Shown here one piece after another: positions 25,169-37,883 of a DNA stretch of 64,000 nucleotides (the stretch's first letter is position 1; each line of letters begins with the position of its first letter). The DNA lies in contig JAPEUD010000094.1 of assembly GCA_026026165.1 (NCBI GenBank), positions 1 to 64,000 of the forward strand. The letters are read 5' to 3'. Position numbers and translations under genes: made by a program. The notes under the pieces are model-generated. The model ran no database searches and was not told the DNA's origin. It saw only the letters and a program-made list of their open reading frames with translations. Origin of the DNA: Sarea resinae. Taxonomy: Eukaryota.

Positions 25169-26119
25169 CTAAGGTCTCAGAAGTTTGAGATTGTCCTCCC
25201 ACTGCAGCATGACGTCCTTGGGAGAGAGGGGCTTGTGGCCCGTCAAGCGCTCGACGCTATCTGAGACGACAGCCATGATGCCTGTTCGGATCGCGACATT
25301 GTTCTGGACCAGGTCGTCGGTACAGATGGGTAAAGGCGACTTTGAATAGTCGCCTTCGACCGTACGGGGGACACCGCGAGATTCCCAGTACTCGTACAGC
25401 TCGTCGTCCGTCATTTCCACCTCTTTGCCATCCCAGCCTGTATAATCGCGTACCATAGCGAGGATCTCTCGATCCGAAACCAATCTGGACCCTGTCACGT
25501 CGTACACGACGTTAGGTCTCCCTTTGCCCAAGAGCAAAGCTGCCATGACACGAGCGCAATCTGCTTTCGCGACATAACCGGTAGGCGTGCCGCTGGTATT
25601 GGACAGAAGCTTATTGTCGCAAAATTTAGCCGCCGTGGGGAATAGGACGTGGAAGAAGTTGTCCAGGTAAAAGTTGTTTCGCTGGATGCTCCAGTCGAGC
25701 CCCGATTCATAGATGGCTTGCTCTGTATCTCGATGGTCGGAGGCAACGAGAGGCGTGTTCTTCTCTTCTCCTGCTCCAATGTAAGACGTATAACAAATAC
25801 GTTTGACCCCGGCCGCCTTGGCAGCATTAATAGCCCGTCTGTGCTGCGCTCGACGAATGTTCCCAATCATCCACGTCGAGATCAGGGTTACAGCGTCGGC
25901 GTCTTTGAACGCTGCTTCCATGCTTGGCACGCTGTCGTAGTCCGCGGCAAGGACCACCACTCCTTGATCCTTCCACCTCTTCAATTTCTCGGCCGGGATG
26001 CGGTCAATGCCTCGCGTCGTGAATACCAGATTGTCTGTCGGCTTAGCGCTCTCTAAGACATACTCGGCAGCCTGACCGCCAAGCTGGCCATCAACACCGG
26101 TCAAGACAAATTTGCCCAT
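25169..26119 (-). CDS. NmrA-like / atypical SDR NAD(P)-binding oxidoreductase (intronless)
   Basis: 316-aa ORF with N-terminal Rossmann motif VLTGVDGQLG, plus ADYD, HRRAINAAKAAGVKRICYTS and DHRDTEQAIYESGLDWSIQRNNFY, typical of the YtfG/QOR2-like atypical SDR group. Confidence 0.88.
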   Translation of the reverse strand: MGKFVLTGVDGQLGGQAAEYVLESAKPTDNLVFTTRGIDRIPAEKLKRWKDQGVVVLAADYDSVPSMEAAFKDADAVTLISTWMIGNIRRAQHRRAINAAKAAGVKRICYTSYIGAGEEKNTPLVASDHRDTEQAIYESGLDWSIQRNNFYLDNFFHVLFPTAAKFCDNKLLSNTSGTPTGYVAKADCARVMAALLLGKGRPNVVYDVTGSRLVSDREILAMVRDYTGWDGKEVEMTDDELYEYWESRGVPRTVEGDYSKSPLPICTDDLVQNNVAIRTGIMAVVSDSVERLTGHKPLSPKDVMLQWEDNLKLLRP

Positions 26120-26318
26120 GGCTTATTGGGTGATGCTCAACTCTCGCCGAGCTGAAAGATTCGAGGCTCGGTGTAAAATCAACTTGAAAGATAGCAGGCC
26201 TCTGTGAAGTCAAGAAACGATACTGGCGTCGCCTGTATCAGAAGTAGAAGATAGGAAGTCCGCTTTTCTCTAGAGTAAACGATGCAGGAAGAAGTCCTTT
26301 ATTACCGGAGGGAAAGGC

Positions 26319-26499
26319 TTTATATATATGTTTAGGAGGGTAGCTTGGACTCTTCTGATCTTCATGACTGGGTGATGAAGGCATCTAGCTTCATTAAGCG
26401 TGCAGGACAGCTTCAATGTGGATTCATTGGCACCAAGTGAAGGGGGCCCGAAGGGGTCATCGGGGAGTGATCGGGAAGTTGTCCGAACGTGTGATTCGG
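26319..26499 (-). promoter_or_regulatory. putative promoter of the NmrA-like gene: TATA box and clustered CGG/CCG triplets
   Basis: ATATATATAAA on the minus strand at 26319-26329. CCG 26448, CGG 26461, CGG 26472, CCG 26483 and CGG 26497 resemble Zn2Cys6 half sites. Confidence 0.4.
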
Positions 26500-29407
26500 A
26501 TGCTGCAAATATTCAGACCGCCGAGGGTACTCGCTCTGGTCAATTCAGCATCTAGCACATCGTTGTTCTAGTCAGCTCCTTGCTTCTTCTGTCAGGCCGA
26601 TTGATGCCCTTCTCTACAATCACCGAAAGCCGCGCGTTGCAGGATCCTAATGTCCTGGGCTCTTCGTTATTGCCTCAGATGTCGCAAGGTAAGTCCGCTT
26701 ATTAAGCACCAGAAATGCATTTCCGATTACTACTCGACGAGTGACGACAAAGCGCGTGAGAAAGTCGGTCAAGTCGCCGAATCGATTTCCCGCTCTCCTA
26801 ACTACAGTTTAATTAGTCCTTTCATTGGCGGTATTCGGTCAAAAGACTTGTATACTCCCGTCAAGAAGGTCTACTCCTGCTCCTTCCCTAGTTGGCATGC
26901 AGCGGGGAATTCCTAGCAGACCGCATACCCTTCGCGGACCCGAACCTGGAGATGACTACTCCGGGGTCTGGCTCTGGGTCTCGCGTTGAAGCAGTGCTTT
27001 CAGACATCGGTCAGTCAATACAAGCACACCAGCCGCTTTCATTTTTTTTTCTTCATTTGCTGTCTGTTCGTTTGTCTGGTCTCTCTTCTTTGTGGCGGCT
27101 TCTTTCTTTTCTTTTCCGGGGCGTCGTTTCATCGGCATGGATTGGAGTGGACGCTCAAGCTCGAATTTTATCTTGATGGTTGATGGAAGAGATAATCAAT
27201 CTATAGCGAGGAACTGCTTGTCCGATATCCCTCTCTTCTGATGTGCTTGTAAGTGGTTTTCCTTCTCCTTTTTAACCCCATTCGTATTTTATTATTACTC
27301 TTCTCTATTGCTTTCTCGCCGTGCTTTCTACATAAGGTAGTAACGGCCCTAAGACCATAGTTTTCTACCTTTACTCTTTCCTAGTTTTGTACTATCGAGA
27401 AGATGAAATTCACATTTACCCAATTCGTCTGTCCTTCCTCCTGTTTATCCCCACTCCATCTAAATCAGCGCGACGCCCGTTCAAATCTACCGAGATTCAC
27501 GAAAGATATCATACCCTGGAACCAAAGTCCTCAATTCCGGCAACTAAAAGTCCGAGTTATTCGCCCGCTTTATCGACCCACTTGGATTTTCCGTTTGCAA
27601 AACCGATTACATCTCAATTGGCATTAAGCCCCATTCGACCAATTCCCTTACTTCTTCGGCGCCCTGCCCACTGTACTCTCGACTGAATGGAGCGGCCCTT
27701 CTTTCGCAACCTACCGGAATACCCTTCCGGTCTTGGCCCTGACCTCACCGCAAGCATTTTGAAGAACACGTGCACATTCTGAAGAACACGTGCAAGCCCT
27801 GACCAGAAGAGATGTCAAAGTGGTCTACCCAAAGGATCTACAAGGTGTCTGAAAACCTATGCTTTCCTCCGCTCCCCGGGAGTCCCCCCTTTCATTTCTA
27901 CCCCTCACAAGCCCCCTCATATCCAAAGCCCCGCTCATCGGCCTAGCTATTGAACCCAACTTAACCCCAAAGTCCATGACTCACTAAAAGCCCCGGCCCC
28001 AGTCTGTCCCCAAACAAAAGGGCTCCCTCTTCCGCTCCCTGTACAACTTGGACCAAATGATGACGCCCTCTTTGCCGACTTGGCCCCGACGCTGAAGACA
28101 ATGCTGTCGATGGTGTGCACTGCATAGACCGCCAAGGTATTAGATAATCAGTGGAGCATTGATATTACTAATATGCCAAAATGCCCGAAGACAACCTTCT
28201 CTACTGCGCAGTAAGTGGCAGCTTTGACCGCCTTTCTCTGTCACGATTGCCCACACTGCTTTGTAACCGGCAGAATAGGTTCTTAGGAAGGCGGTGAAAT
28301 ACCTGAACCCTGGCACCTCCGTACCTACCTTACATAATAACCTTAATGATTAAGGGATACTGTAGCTGATATCACAGAATTTTACTTATCTACAAGCATT
28401 AATGATGACTACCTACTGAGGTACCTTAAACAGTCCCTCAACCCGCTTCTTGGGCATTGTCTACCACCACGTTCCTTCTCTCGTTTTTGCCGAATCCGTC
28501 CGATCCATCATGAAGTTCACAGAGGATGTCGCGCATGGGTTCCTAAAGGACTCATAAACCCACTCCAGTGGAAGCACCCAAGAATCAAACTCGATTCCAC
28601 CAATTTGCTGAAGCGCTGCACAATAAGGACTTGCTCAAACAGGATATGGCGTTGGAAAGCTTCAGGATACCATCTCTTCAAGCCTCTTTATGTCCGAGTC
28701 CAACATCCCGTTCAGCCTTGCAGCTGTAGCGGTAGCTCTTCTGAAGCTATAGCCAGAAAACAAGCTCCGACTAGCAACGCGCTTATCAAAGAGCCTGTTG
28801 CGTGCGTAGAGCGTTCACTGTGTAACTCCTTCAGTCAACTATCGCATACGATTACGGAGTTGGAGTAATAGTAGGGTATGGATAGTAGTGCTGTGTACCT
28901 TACGGAGTGCCTCCTCAAACTTCTTACGGAGTACGGCCATGCCCTAGAGTACCTGCCATGAATAGACACCTACCGAACATACAGTACCAAGTACGAAGTA
29001 CCTTAACCTCTCAGTAGTGCGAGTTGATCACCTCGCTCTCAGCCCCTCAGCCCTAGTATGACTTAAGGATAGGTATCTAGTACTCGTACTTCGTACCTCA
29101 TGCACTCACTCATCGTCATTGCGAACACGATAGCCTAAGACACCGACTAACCTACCTCCAGCTCCTACCTACCTCTGACCAGGTATCTTACCTGTCTAAC
29201 TCCAACTTCTAATATATGACGAATATAGAGGGCCACGCGAGCATTTTCGACCAAAAAAACCCTGGCCGCTCTCTCATATATCAGACATCAACAATCACGG
29301 TGACGGGCGAGGATGAGCCAAGTGAAGATGTTAGACGGGTCCTTTTCACCCTAATCATATTTCCACAAGACCAAGCGCAGACGATTCAGTTGGCTTAGGG
29401 CGCAGCC

Positions 29408-32400
29408 ATGTCTGTCCGAATACTTCTCCGGGACCATCCTCACCGGGCAATAGCCCTTTTGACGTCTTCCCATGCCCTTGTTTTCCGGCATAGCCCTTCT
29501 TCGAGCGGGGAGTCCGCCAATGGATCGATGGTTTCTTTGCAGAGCCTACACTCAGCGTCATTGGCCACCAATGCTGTGACTCCGAGGTGCATTGTCGAAT
29601 TTTCCAAGGTGGACTCAGTCGATCTTCGTGATTATAGATCCATGAGCTCACTTCCCGTCCAAGGGACGCTTGGGCTGATCACTGTGAACAACGATGTCTT
29701 TCTGTGTGTTGTGAGCGGGGCTTCTCGAGCTGCAAGCCTCAGGCCAGGGGAAACCGTTCAGAGGATACATTCCGTGGAGTTTCGTAAGTATTTCTCACGC
29801 TATAGGAAGACCTTCCATCTGTGGTGACTTATCTATTATTTCAAAAGCTAATTCGTTTTCAAGACTGTCTGAACAGGTCGGATTACGATCACTTACTGAA
29901 TGACGAAATCAATCCTTACCCCACCGATACGCTTTCGCAGGACGGGTTTGAGTATGGGCAAACTCAGGACCGGCGGGACCCCGTCCTCGAACACCCCTGC
30001 CTCGCCCTAAAGAAACTTCTCAGTAGCGGCACGTTTTATTACAGTACTGATTTCGATCTTACTAGTCGGTTGCAAGACAGGTTCGTTAGGGTCTTGGCCT
30101 TCTGCGAGGAGATAAGGGCTGATAGCTGGACTTAGATCTGTGGACGCGCCGACTTTTGAAAATGCGAATCTTGATGAAGGATTTCTCTGGAACTCTTATA
30201 TGATAGGACCTCTTGTCAAATTTCGGTCCCGCCTCTCCGCACACGAACGGGAGGCTCTGGATTCTTCCCGTATCCTCACGTCTGCGATTAGAGGCTTCGT
30301 AATGACCACGACTCTACCAGCTTCTGCATCTCCAGCAAGAACCACTCGTTCTGGACCGCCCTCTACTCTTACCTTGATTTCGCGGCTCTCTTGCCGTCGA
30401 GCTGGCACCAGATTTAACGCACGAGGGATTGACGATGACGGCAATGTAGCTAACTTTGTCGAGACCGAGACTGTATTTTGGAGTCCTTCCGGGATATGCT
30501 TCTCATACGTTCAGATCAGAGGCTCCGTGCCTGTTTTCTGGGAGCAAGCTACTGGCTTGCTTCCTGGGCAGCAAAAAATCCAACTTACAAGATCAGCAGA
30601 AGCCACCCAACCCGCATTCGATAAACATTTTGAGGGGCTTGAGGATGCCTACGGCGCCGTTCATGTGCTGAATCTTCTAAGTCAGAGTAAATTGAGTGAA
30701 ATAGAGCTTTCTGACAGATATCGATTCCATATTAGTCGCAGTACACTTAATCAGTCTATAGGGAAGGAGGGTGGGCAAGATAATCGACTTTTGAGAGAAA
30801 CGGAGTTTGATTTCCATGCCGAGACGAAAGGTCCCAGCGGGTATGAAGCTGCTAGTTCAGTCAGACGATTGATTCAAGGCTCCGCTGATGGATTTGCCTA
30901 CTTTTTGTCGGAAGAAGTGTATGATCCAAGAGATATGTCTGGTGACCCCGCCATGAGACGCCCACACAAGATTTCCTCTGTGGTCTTGCAGCAAGAGGGG
31001 ATTTTCAGGACCAATTGTCTAGACTGTCTTGATCGTACGAATCTCATCCAGACGATTATTAGCCAGATGGCTATAGAATCCTTTCTGGGTCACCGGCGCG
31101 AAAGGGCAAGCCCGGATTTTTGGATGAGGCATTCAGCGCTTTGGGCCGATAATGGAGATGTTAGTAGGCTTTCTCCGGATTCCGAAATCCTACTGATACT
31201 TAGAGATAGTCGTTGTCTAAAATATATGCCGGGACTGGAGCTCTCAAATCATCCTTTACACGCCATGGAAAAATGTCCTTCGCAGGAGCTATCGCAGACG
31301 CCCGGAAGAGTGCAACCCGCATGTACATCAATAATTTTGCCGACAAGGGTCGTCAGAACACTATAGACATGCTTCTGGTATGGTTGACATATCGATCGAT
31401 GTTTTTGTCTAATATTTCGTAGGGTCGTCTAATGGGTCAAATACCTGTCCATCTATATGATCCAGTTAACGATTACACCATCGCCGAGCTGAACAAGAGG
31501 TATGTGTCCCCAAGTCTCATAAGCTCTCTGTTACTGAAATTGAAGAAAGGTCTTCGGAATTCTCCTCCTCACAACTGATCCATATCTGGGTCGGTACATT
31601 CAATCTGAATGGTCGGAGCCATGGTGTAAGCGAAGACCTAAGTCCGTGGCTTTTCGCGAGTGCAGATATGACTCCGCCTCCGGAGATATATGCGGTAGGC
31701 TTTCAGGAAATAGTAGAACTCAGCCCGCAGCAAATCATGTCCACCGATCCCGAAAGACGCCAGGCATGGGAGACTGCAGTTAAGAAGACGCTGAACAGGA
31801 ATGCTGCTCAATACGGAACGGATGAATATGTCCTTTTGCGGAGTGGCCAACTGGTTGGAGCAGCTCTGTCTATCTTCGTCAAGGCTTCCGTGCTGCCCAA
31901 CATCAAAAACGTCGAAGGAAGCGTTAAGAAGGTAAGCAAAGCTGAGCATGTTGTCTTTCTTCCTCTAACCTCATTTGAAGACGGGGATGTCAGGAATGGC
32001 CGGTAACAAAGGCGCTGTGGCCATCCGCATGGACTATGCAAACACACAAATATGTTTCGTGACAGCACATTTGGCGGCTGGATTTGCCAACTACGAAGAG
32101 CGAAACAGGGATTTCAGAACCATTAGCCATGGCCTCAAGTTCCAAAGAAATCGGTCCATCGAAGACCATGACACAATAATCTGGCTTGGTGATTTCAACT
32201 ATCGGATAGGGCTTAGTGACGAGAAAGTGCGGAGATTGATTCAAGTCGGCGATTTAGATACTCTATATGAGAACGACCAAGTAAGTGAAGATGACTCTTC
32301 CCAGGTCAGTTCGACCGCTGACCGTTTGTCAGTTAAATCTCCAGATGGTGGCCGGTCTTACCTTTCCCTTTTACTCCGAGGCAAAGATAGGGTTCAACCC

Positions 32401-33474
32401 AACATATAAATACGATAATGGAACCGATAATTACGATACCTCGTGAGTCTCACAGATCGACAGTTCGTTATCATTTTCTAATACTCAATAGTGAAAAGGC
32501 ACGCATTCCCGCTTGGTGTGACCGTATCCTTCGGAAAGGAGATAATCTGCGCCAAATCAATTACAATGCGGCCCCACTAAGGTTCTCGGATCACCGCCCC
32601 ATCTATGCGACATTTCAATGCACTATAAGTGCCATTAATGAGAGTCTTAGAGAAACCATAAGCCACGCCATATATGAGAAACGTAAGGAAGAGCTGGGTG
32701 GTTCTGTTACAAATGGCGCCATTGACGATGCAGAGGAGGAAGATCTCATTGGGTATAATTCAATTGCTCCTGGCCTGCCACCTGCGAGTTCAGACCGTCA
32801 AAAGTGGTGGCTTGAAAATGGTATGTTTGCATGACCCCGGAAGATTTCAAAACGCTAAGAATGCGATAGGAGTTCCAGCACGATCGACTATCAAGCCTCC
32901 TAGTGATCAATTCATTCCCAATCCAAGCCGACCGTCGAATCCCTTCGCGCCAGCAACCGAAGAAGAGTGGATCAGCAAAAGAGATCTCGTCAAGCCGCAG
33001 TCTAGATCGAAAGCTTCGCCATCAGAAGATATCAAATCTCCAATATCTACTACAACGGGCGCTGCAAACCCAAAGCATTCACTATCTCCACAACGGCAGA
33101 CGACTCGCAAAGCGGCCCCTCCGATACCGAAAAAGCCAGCTCTGTTAGCTAGCCGAGAGATAGGCATTATTAACCCGGCCGAGAATACAGAGAGGATTCC
33201 TGAAACGGCAAACAATGTCACAATTTCTTCGAGAGATCGTTCAGTGAATAGAACTGTTGATCATGATGCTCGCATTCGGTCTCAAGGAGTAAATCCTCTC
33301 GAGATGCGTCCAGCCTCCCTGGAACACATGAGATCTCGACGTGAATCAGTACCAGACGGCCCGCCTCTCCCTCCACGGAGGAAGACCGTAGTGCACGATG
33401 CGTCAGGACTGTTGGATGACGACGATATTGGCATAGATAGCGTGGGGTTATGGAAACCTCTACAGCCCCAATAG
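29408..33474 (+). CDS. INP53: synaptojanin-like polyphosphoinositide phosphatase (SAC1 + inositol 5-phosphatase domains), multi-exon
   Basis: SAC motifs ISRLSCRRAGTRFNARGIDDDGNVANFVETE and RTNCLDCLDRTN. 5-phosphatase motifs GFQEIVEL, GNKGAV, IIWLGDFNYRI, PAWCDRIL, SDHRPI. Proline-rich tail. Confidence 0.93.
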
Positions 33475-33801
33475 AGTGGAGCATAGTTTTCGCTTTTTTT
33501 TTGGCTTTTCAGACGGTCGTATATATGGGCATCTTCGGCGTCGACGGAGAACTTTCGCTTGTAGATGTTGGTGTTTTTTTTTATGGGAACAAATCGGGGC
33601 AGTGGCGATTATGGTTCCGGATCCTGCTCTTCGTTGACCAGGTGGCATTATTGTAAAAGCGCCAATTGGGTTCTCGCCGTTCACCCCCTGCGATAGACGA
33701 AAGTCACAATGTTACGCGCTTGAATGCCCGGGCCGCTGTTTCGTAACGTCTCCTTTATTGCAAGCCAATCGCCCCGTATTGAACTGGAAGGACCCACGAC
33801 T

Positions 33802-34383
33802 TCAGCGATAATACTCACGGCGCCTTCCATCATCATCTAAGATCACAACCCTCTCTCGCGTAGAACGATGGGATGTAGTTGAGGTCCTCATGGGGTTGTT
33901 GACGTAGATGACATTACCCGACCTTCGAGGCTCTTGAGACGACAATCTATCTCCTTCCTGGCCATGTTTCACGGTAGGCCTGCTGTCGACCCAGCGGAAC
34001 GTGTCCAGCGGTTGCCTGTCTCGCACACTGTCCCGAATAACATACTCTCGGCTTCGCGAGGACACGACGCTCGATCGCGGCGAGTACTGCTCGACTATAA
34101 TGGGCTCGACTTGCAGCTGCGAAGCTGATGGATGGCGGAAAGACGTGCGAGGAGAGCCCACGGGGGAAACCCCATGGGAAGGGCTTTTGATGATTGGGAC
34201 GACTGGGCCTGGCGCATGGAGGGAGTGATGAGAGGCCGGCCTAGAAGTTTGCATGCGCGGCGGCCTCGACCTCGGCGTCTCTATGAAAGTGGTCGTGTCC
34301 TCCTCGAATCTCCGTCGGACCGGTCTGCTCGCGACAGTGATCTCTTCTTCGTCGGGGACGGGCCTGACGTGCACTAGACACAT
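33802..34383 (-). CDS. Arg/Ser/Pro-rich hypothetical protein
   Basis: 193-aa ATG-initiated ORF, disordered composition, ending RERVVILDDDGRRREYYR. Confidence 0.6.
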   Translation of the reverse strand: MCLVHVRPVPDEEEITVASRPVRRRFEEDTTTFIETPRSRPPRMQTSRPASHHSLHAPGPVVPIIKSPSHGVSPVGSPRTSFRHPSASQLQVEPIIVEQYSPRSSVVSSRSREYVIRDSVRDRQPLDTFRWVDSRPTVKHGQEGDRLSSQEPRRSGNVIYVNNPMRTSTTSHRSTRERVVILDDDGRRREYYR

Positions 34384-35803
34384 GTCTGCACAGGTACCTC
34401 TTTCGAATGAGATTCGGTAAACAGAGGGGGATCGCCAGAGCTTGCTAGAGCGCGGTCGGCTTGCTATGAATGCGTAAGGCGGAACAAATGACTCTCGTCA
34501 ACAATTCGTGGTGAGAATTGGAGCAGCAGATGAGCAAGCTGAGGTCCGGTCGAGGCAGTTACGCTCCGGTCAGAGGATGTTGGGCATCTTGGGTCACACA
34601 CAGCCTTGCCGCAGCCCGCCACATGTAAGGCGTCCCGTGGGCCCGCCTTAGCGGGCTTGGAGCGCTCACTCTACCTTATTGTTGTCCAGACCCCAGCTAG
34701 CCGCCAGTATTTTACCGCCCAGTACCCCTCGCAGCCAGACTCGTCTTCTCCGGAGTTTCCTATTGATCATAAGTCATTCGCGCCTTCACCAATCCGGAGT
34801 GCGCGCCGGGCATACTGCGTAGTACTGACTCGAAACTCTACGTGTAATCAATTCTTGGCGGAGAAATTCATCATATGCTTACACATTGAGGCCATAGCGA
34901 TGATGAACCATAGAGTCTCTGAGCCGCCAGCTTGGCTCAGAATGCTTGATATGTAATTCCGATTTGCCGATTCTGACACAATTTCTACATGCTTGATATT
35001 ATTATATACTGGACATTAAAGAATCATATTGTTTAGAGCTAGCTCTTCACAAAAACGTGCCAGCATTGACTTCGACATTCATCGACTCCTGGCGGTGATG
35101 CTTACTTCCAGATTCCCCGAATGGTCATTCTAGCATTCCTTCGCCCTATCGATTTATATTGTAAAAACGGCCATAGTAGATTTCAGGAGCCAACAACCAG
35201 GTCGGTGAATACTTCTCAACTATGAGTGAGTCTAGCGTACATGAAGTTCTTTCAAATGCTGTTTTCGATTCCCAAACAATGATTCCATCTTCAGACCACG
35301 GAACTCCCAAGAGAAACAATAACACCATACTGAAGCCCGCCTTCGCTGATGCAGCAACTCAAAAAATATGGCCCAACATACTTGCTCCGCTTGCGCCTTA
35401 ATCGTGGCCCTCCAAACTTTTCAGGCCATAGCAAGTCAAGGCCGCAATAAAGAGAAGGGTTCACCGAGCAAAACTATCAAATAACAAAGAGCAACCACTT
35501 CCGTCCCCTTGTGAGGCATGAAAAAAGCTCGACAACGTCGAGATAAAAACCATGCCCCCCTGAGCCGCCAATGTGAGTGAAGCCTCCAGGTAATATCGGG
35601 AAAAGCAGAGAGATAAAGTGCCGAATCCAGCGGCCACAAAAACAGAGCCGTCGCGAGCAATGACGTCTCTGCCCGTGCAAACGACACTTGGCGACAGTGG
35701 ACGGCAAAGGCCGGCTTCAATCTGCCGAGGCGCGAAGTATTTGCACAGTGACCAAATCTTCACTATTCTTCCACTCCTGACCGATATTTCAGAGGAATGC
35801 CAC

Positions 35804-37883
35804 TCACATGACACGACATACGTCGTGCTGGACTATTGGCTCAGGTTTTTTTTCCCCTTTTCCCGACGGCCGAGATAGACCGGCTGTCCACATCAAGATA
35901 GGGGGTAATTTTGCAGTCTGAACTTTCCTGGGATGTCCAGCAGCAGGTCCTGATGGAGGGTTCACTACCACTACCCCCGCCCCGTCTGGAGGAGCAGGGG
36001 CCGCTGGCGGAGGCGGGGGGCCTCCTTCAGGACTGACAACAACGATGTCGGCTGGGTTTTCTGCAGGAGGCGCTCCTTCACCGGCGGGAGGCGCTGCGTC
36101 CTTTGGCTCAACCACAACGATAGTGTGAGGTCCTTCATCGGCAGCTGGTGCTGGCGCCGGTTCGGGCTCCGGCTCCGGTTCCGCAGGCGCGGGCGCGGGC
36201 TCAGGTGCGGGTTCGGGCTCGGGAGCCGGGGGTGGTGGCGGGGGTGGCTCAGGCATTGGCCACATATGCATGGTTATGGCCCAGTCGGGTTCGACCATTG
36301 TCTCCCAAACCTGAGGAAGAATGATTTCCCCATTAGGACCGACCAAGTCATAATGTCCCTCAGCTACATGAGGACCAATGACCTCGACATGAAGAAAAGC
36401 TTGCTTGATGAGCTCCTCCATTCCCTACACGGAGATTATCGTCAGCACGTTTGTTTTATAACTGTGAGTAGCCAGATCGTGACTGTTTGACATACCACCC
36501 AAGTATTGCACAAATGGAACGGGAAGCTGAATTTCCTCCCAACGGCATCCTTAAACTTGATTGGCTTTTTCTTGTTGTCTGGCACAGGCTTAGCTGCAGC
36601 GGCAGCAGCTTTGGCAGCTTCGGCTTCTTTCGATAGTGCGGCCTCCTTAGCAGCGGCTGCTTCCTCGGCCGCTTTCAATGCTTCTTCAGCTGCTTTCAGA
36701 TCTCCGGCCGCTTTCGCAGCAGCCGCAGCTGCTTCTTCTGCAGCCTTCCTTTCAGCTGCCTCTTTTGCTTCTTTGGCTGCTGCTGCTACTATTGCAGCCG
36801 CCTCTTCCGCAGCCTTCTTGTCTGCTGCTGCTTTAGCTTCTTTGGCTGCTTTATCCTCCTCAGCTTTTCTTATAGCCGCTTCCCTTGCTGCCTCTCTCGC
36901 TTCCAGCTCGGCTTTCTGGTCCATGAGCAGCTTCTCTAAGCGCGCAAATTTCTCGTCATCTTTCGAGGCGTCTGCTGGAGGCGGAGGCGTAGAGGCCAAG
37001 GGAGGTGAATGAACCACCTGATAAGGATAAAAAGGAGGCGCTGGGTATGTTTGAGAATTGTATGGGTAATAGCCAGCGCTTGTCGCGCCATAAGGCATCA
37101 TCTCTTGGCCGCCACCATAAGGCGCCCCACCGCGTGGAGACAACGGATTGCCCAGATGAGATGCTCCATGTTGCGCGGGAGGAAAGTATGGGGGCCCGCC
37201 TGAGGGCGAAGCTGGAGAGAACGGATTTGGATAACCATAGCCATTCTGAGCACCGAATGGTATCAGTTGAGTCCCAGGAGGAGCCGGAGGGGCATTAGAG
37301 TATGGGTTGTAAGAGGAGCCAGGGGGGAGGACTGGAGGATAACCCGGGGGAGGGGGCCCGCCAGGATGACCCCAATGGGCTGGTGGGTGATGCCCACGCG
37401 GGGCATACCCCGAATAATCTTCTGGGGGCTCCACACTTTCAGATGGGATCGGCTGCGAACGCCGATGCGCTCGGGAAGGATGATGCTGTTCTGCCCGCGG
37501 CTCTACAGCCTGCCGCCGAGAAGGTTGCCGATGTGATGAGGTTGTCCGAGGGCGTTCAACTAGTGGCCTGTGTTGTCTAGAGGTACACGGGCGAGAAGCA
37601 GAGTCCGATGGACCGATCTCGTCAGGGTGATCAAGAACCCAGTAGTCGGCCTCGTCAAGGGAGTCTGAAGAGCCCGGTGAGACTTGTACTCCAGAGGAGT
37701 CTTCGTCGGACAGCGAGGATCGCTCAGAGCTGTGGGCAGACGTGTTGTCAACGATGATTTTTAATCTAGAAAAGACCGAGTCAGTATCAATGTCATAAAA
37801 ACTGATTCATTGGGGGGCCGATGATTTCAAGGCATAGTAGCGACGCGCAACCAAGTGAAGTTGGGAAAGCGAGCTTACGGCAT
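35804..37883 (-). CDS. Pro-rich, Ala/Glu/Lys coiled-coil protein with fungal ubiquitin-like domain and C-terminal CaaX
   Basis: Exons 37883-37879, 37765-36496, 36424-35804: MPLKIIVDNT...DEIGPSDSASRP...PIKFKDAVGRKFSFPFHLCNTWVGMEELIKQAFLHVEVIGPHVAEGHYDLVGPNGEIILPQVWETMVEPDWAITMHMWP...CRVM*. Confidence 0.82.

Noticed and set aside
36506..37012. 168-aa Ala/Ser-rich plus-strand ORF and similar antisense ORFs over the SWIM, PXR1 and SGNH genes
   Set aside because: Shadows of real genes on the opposite strand.
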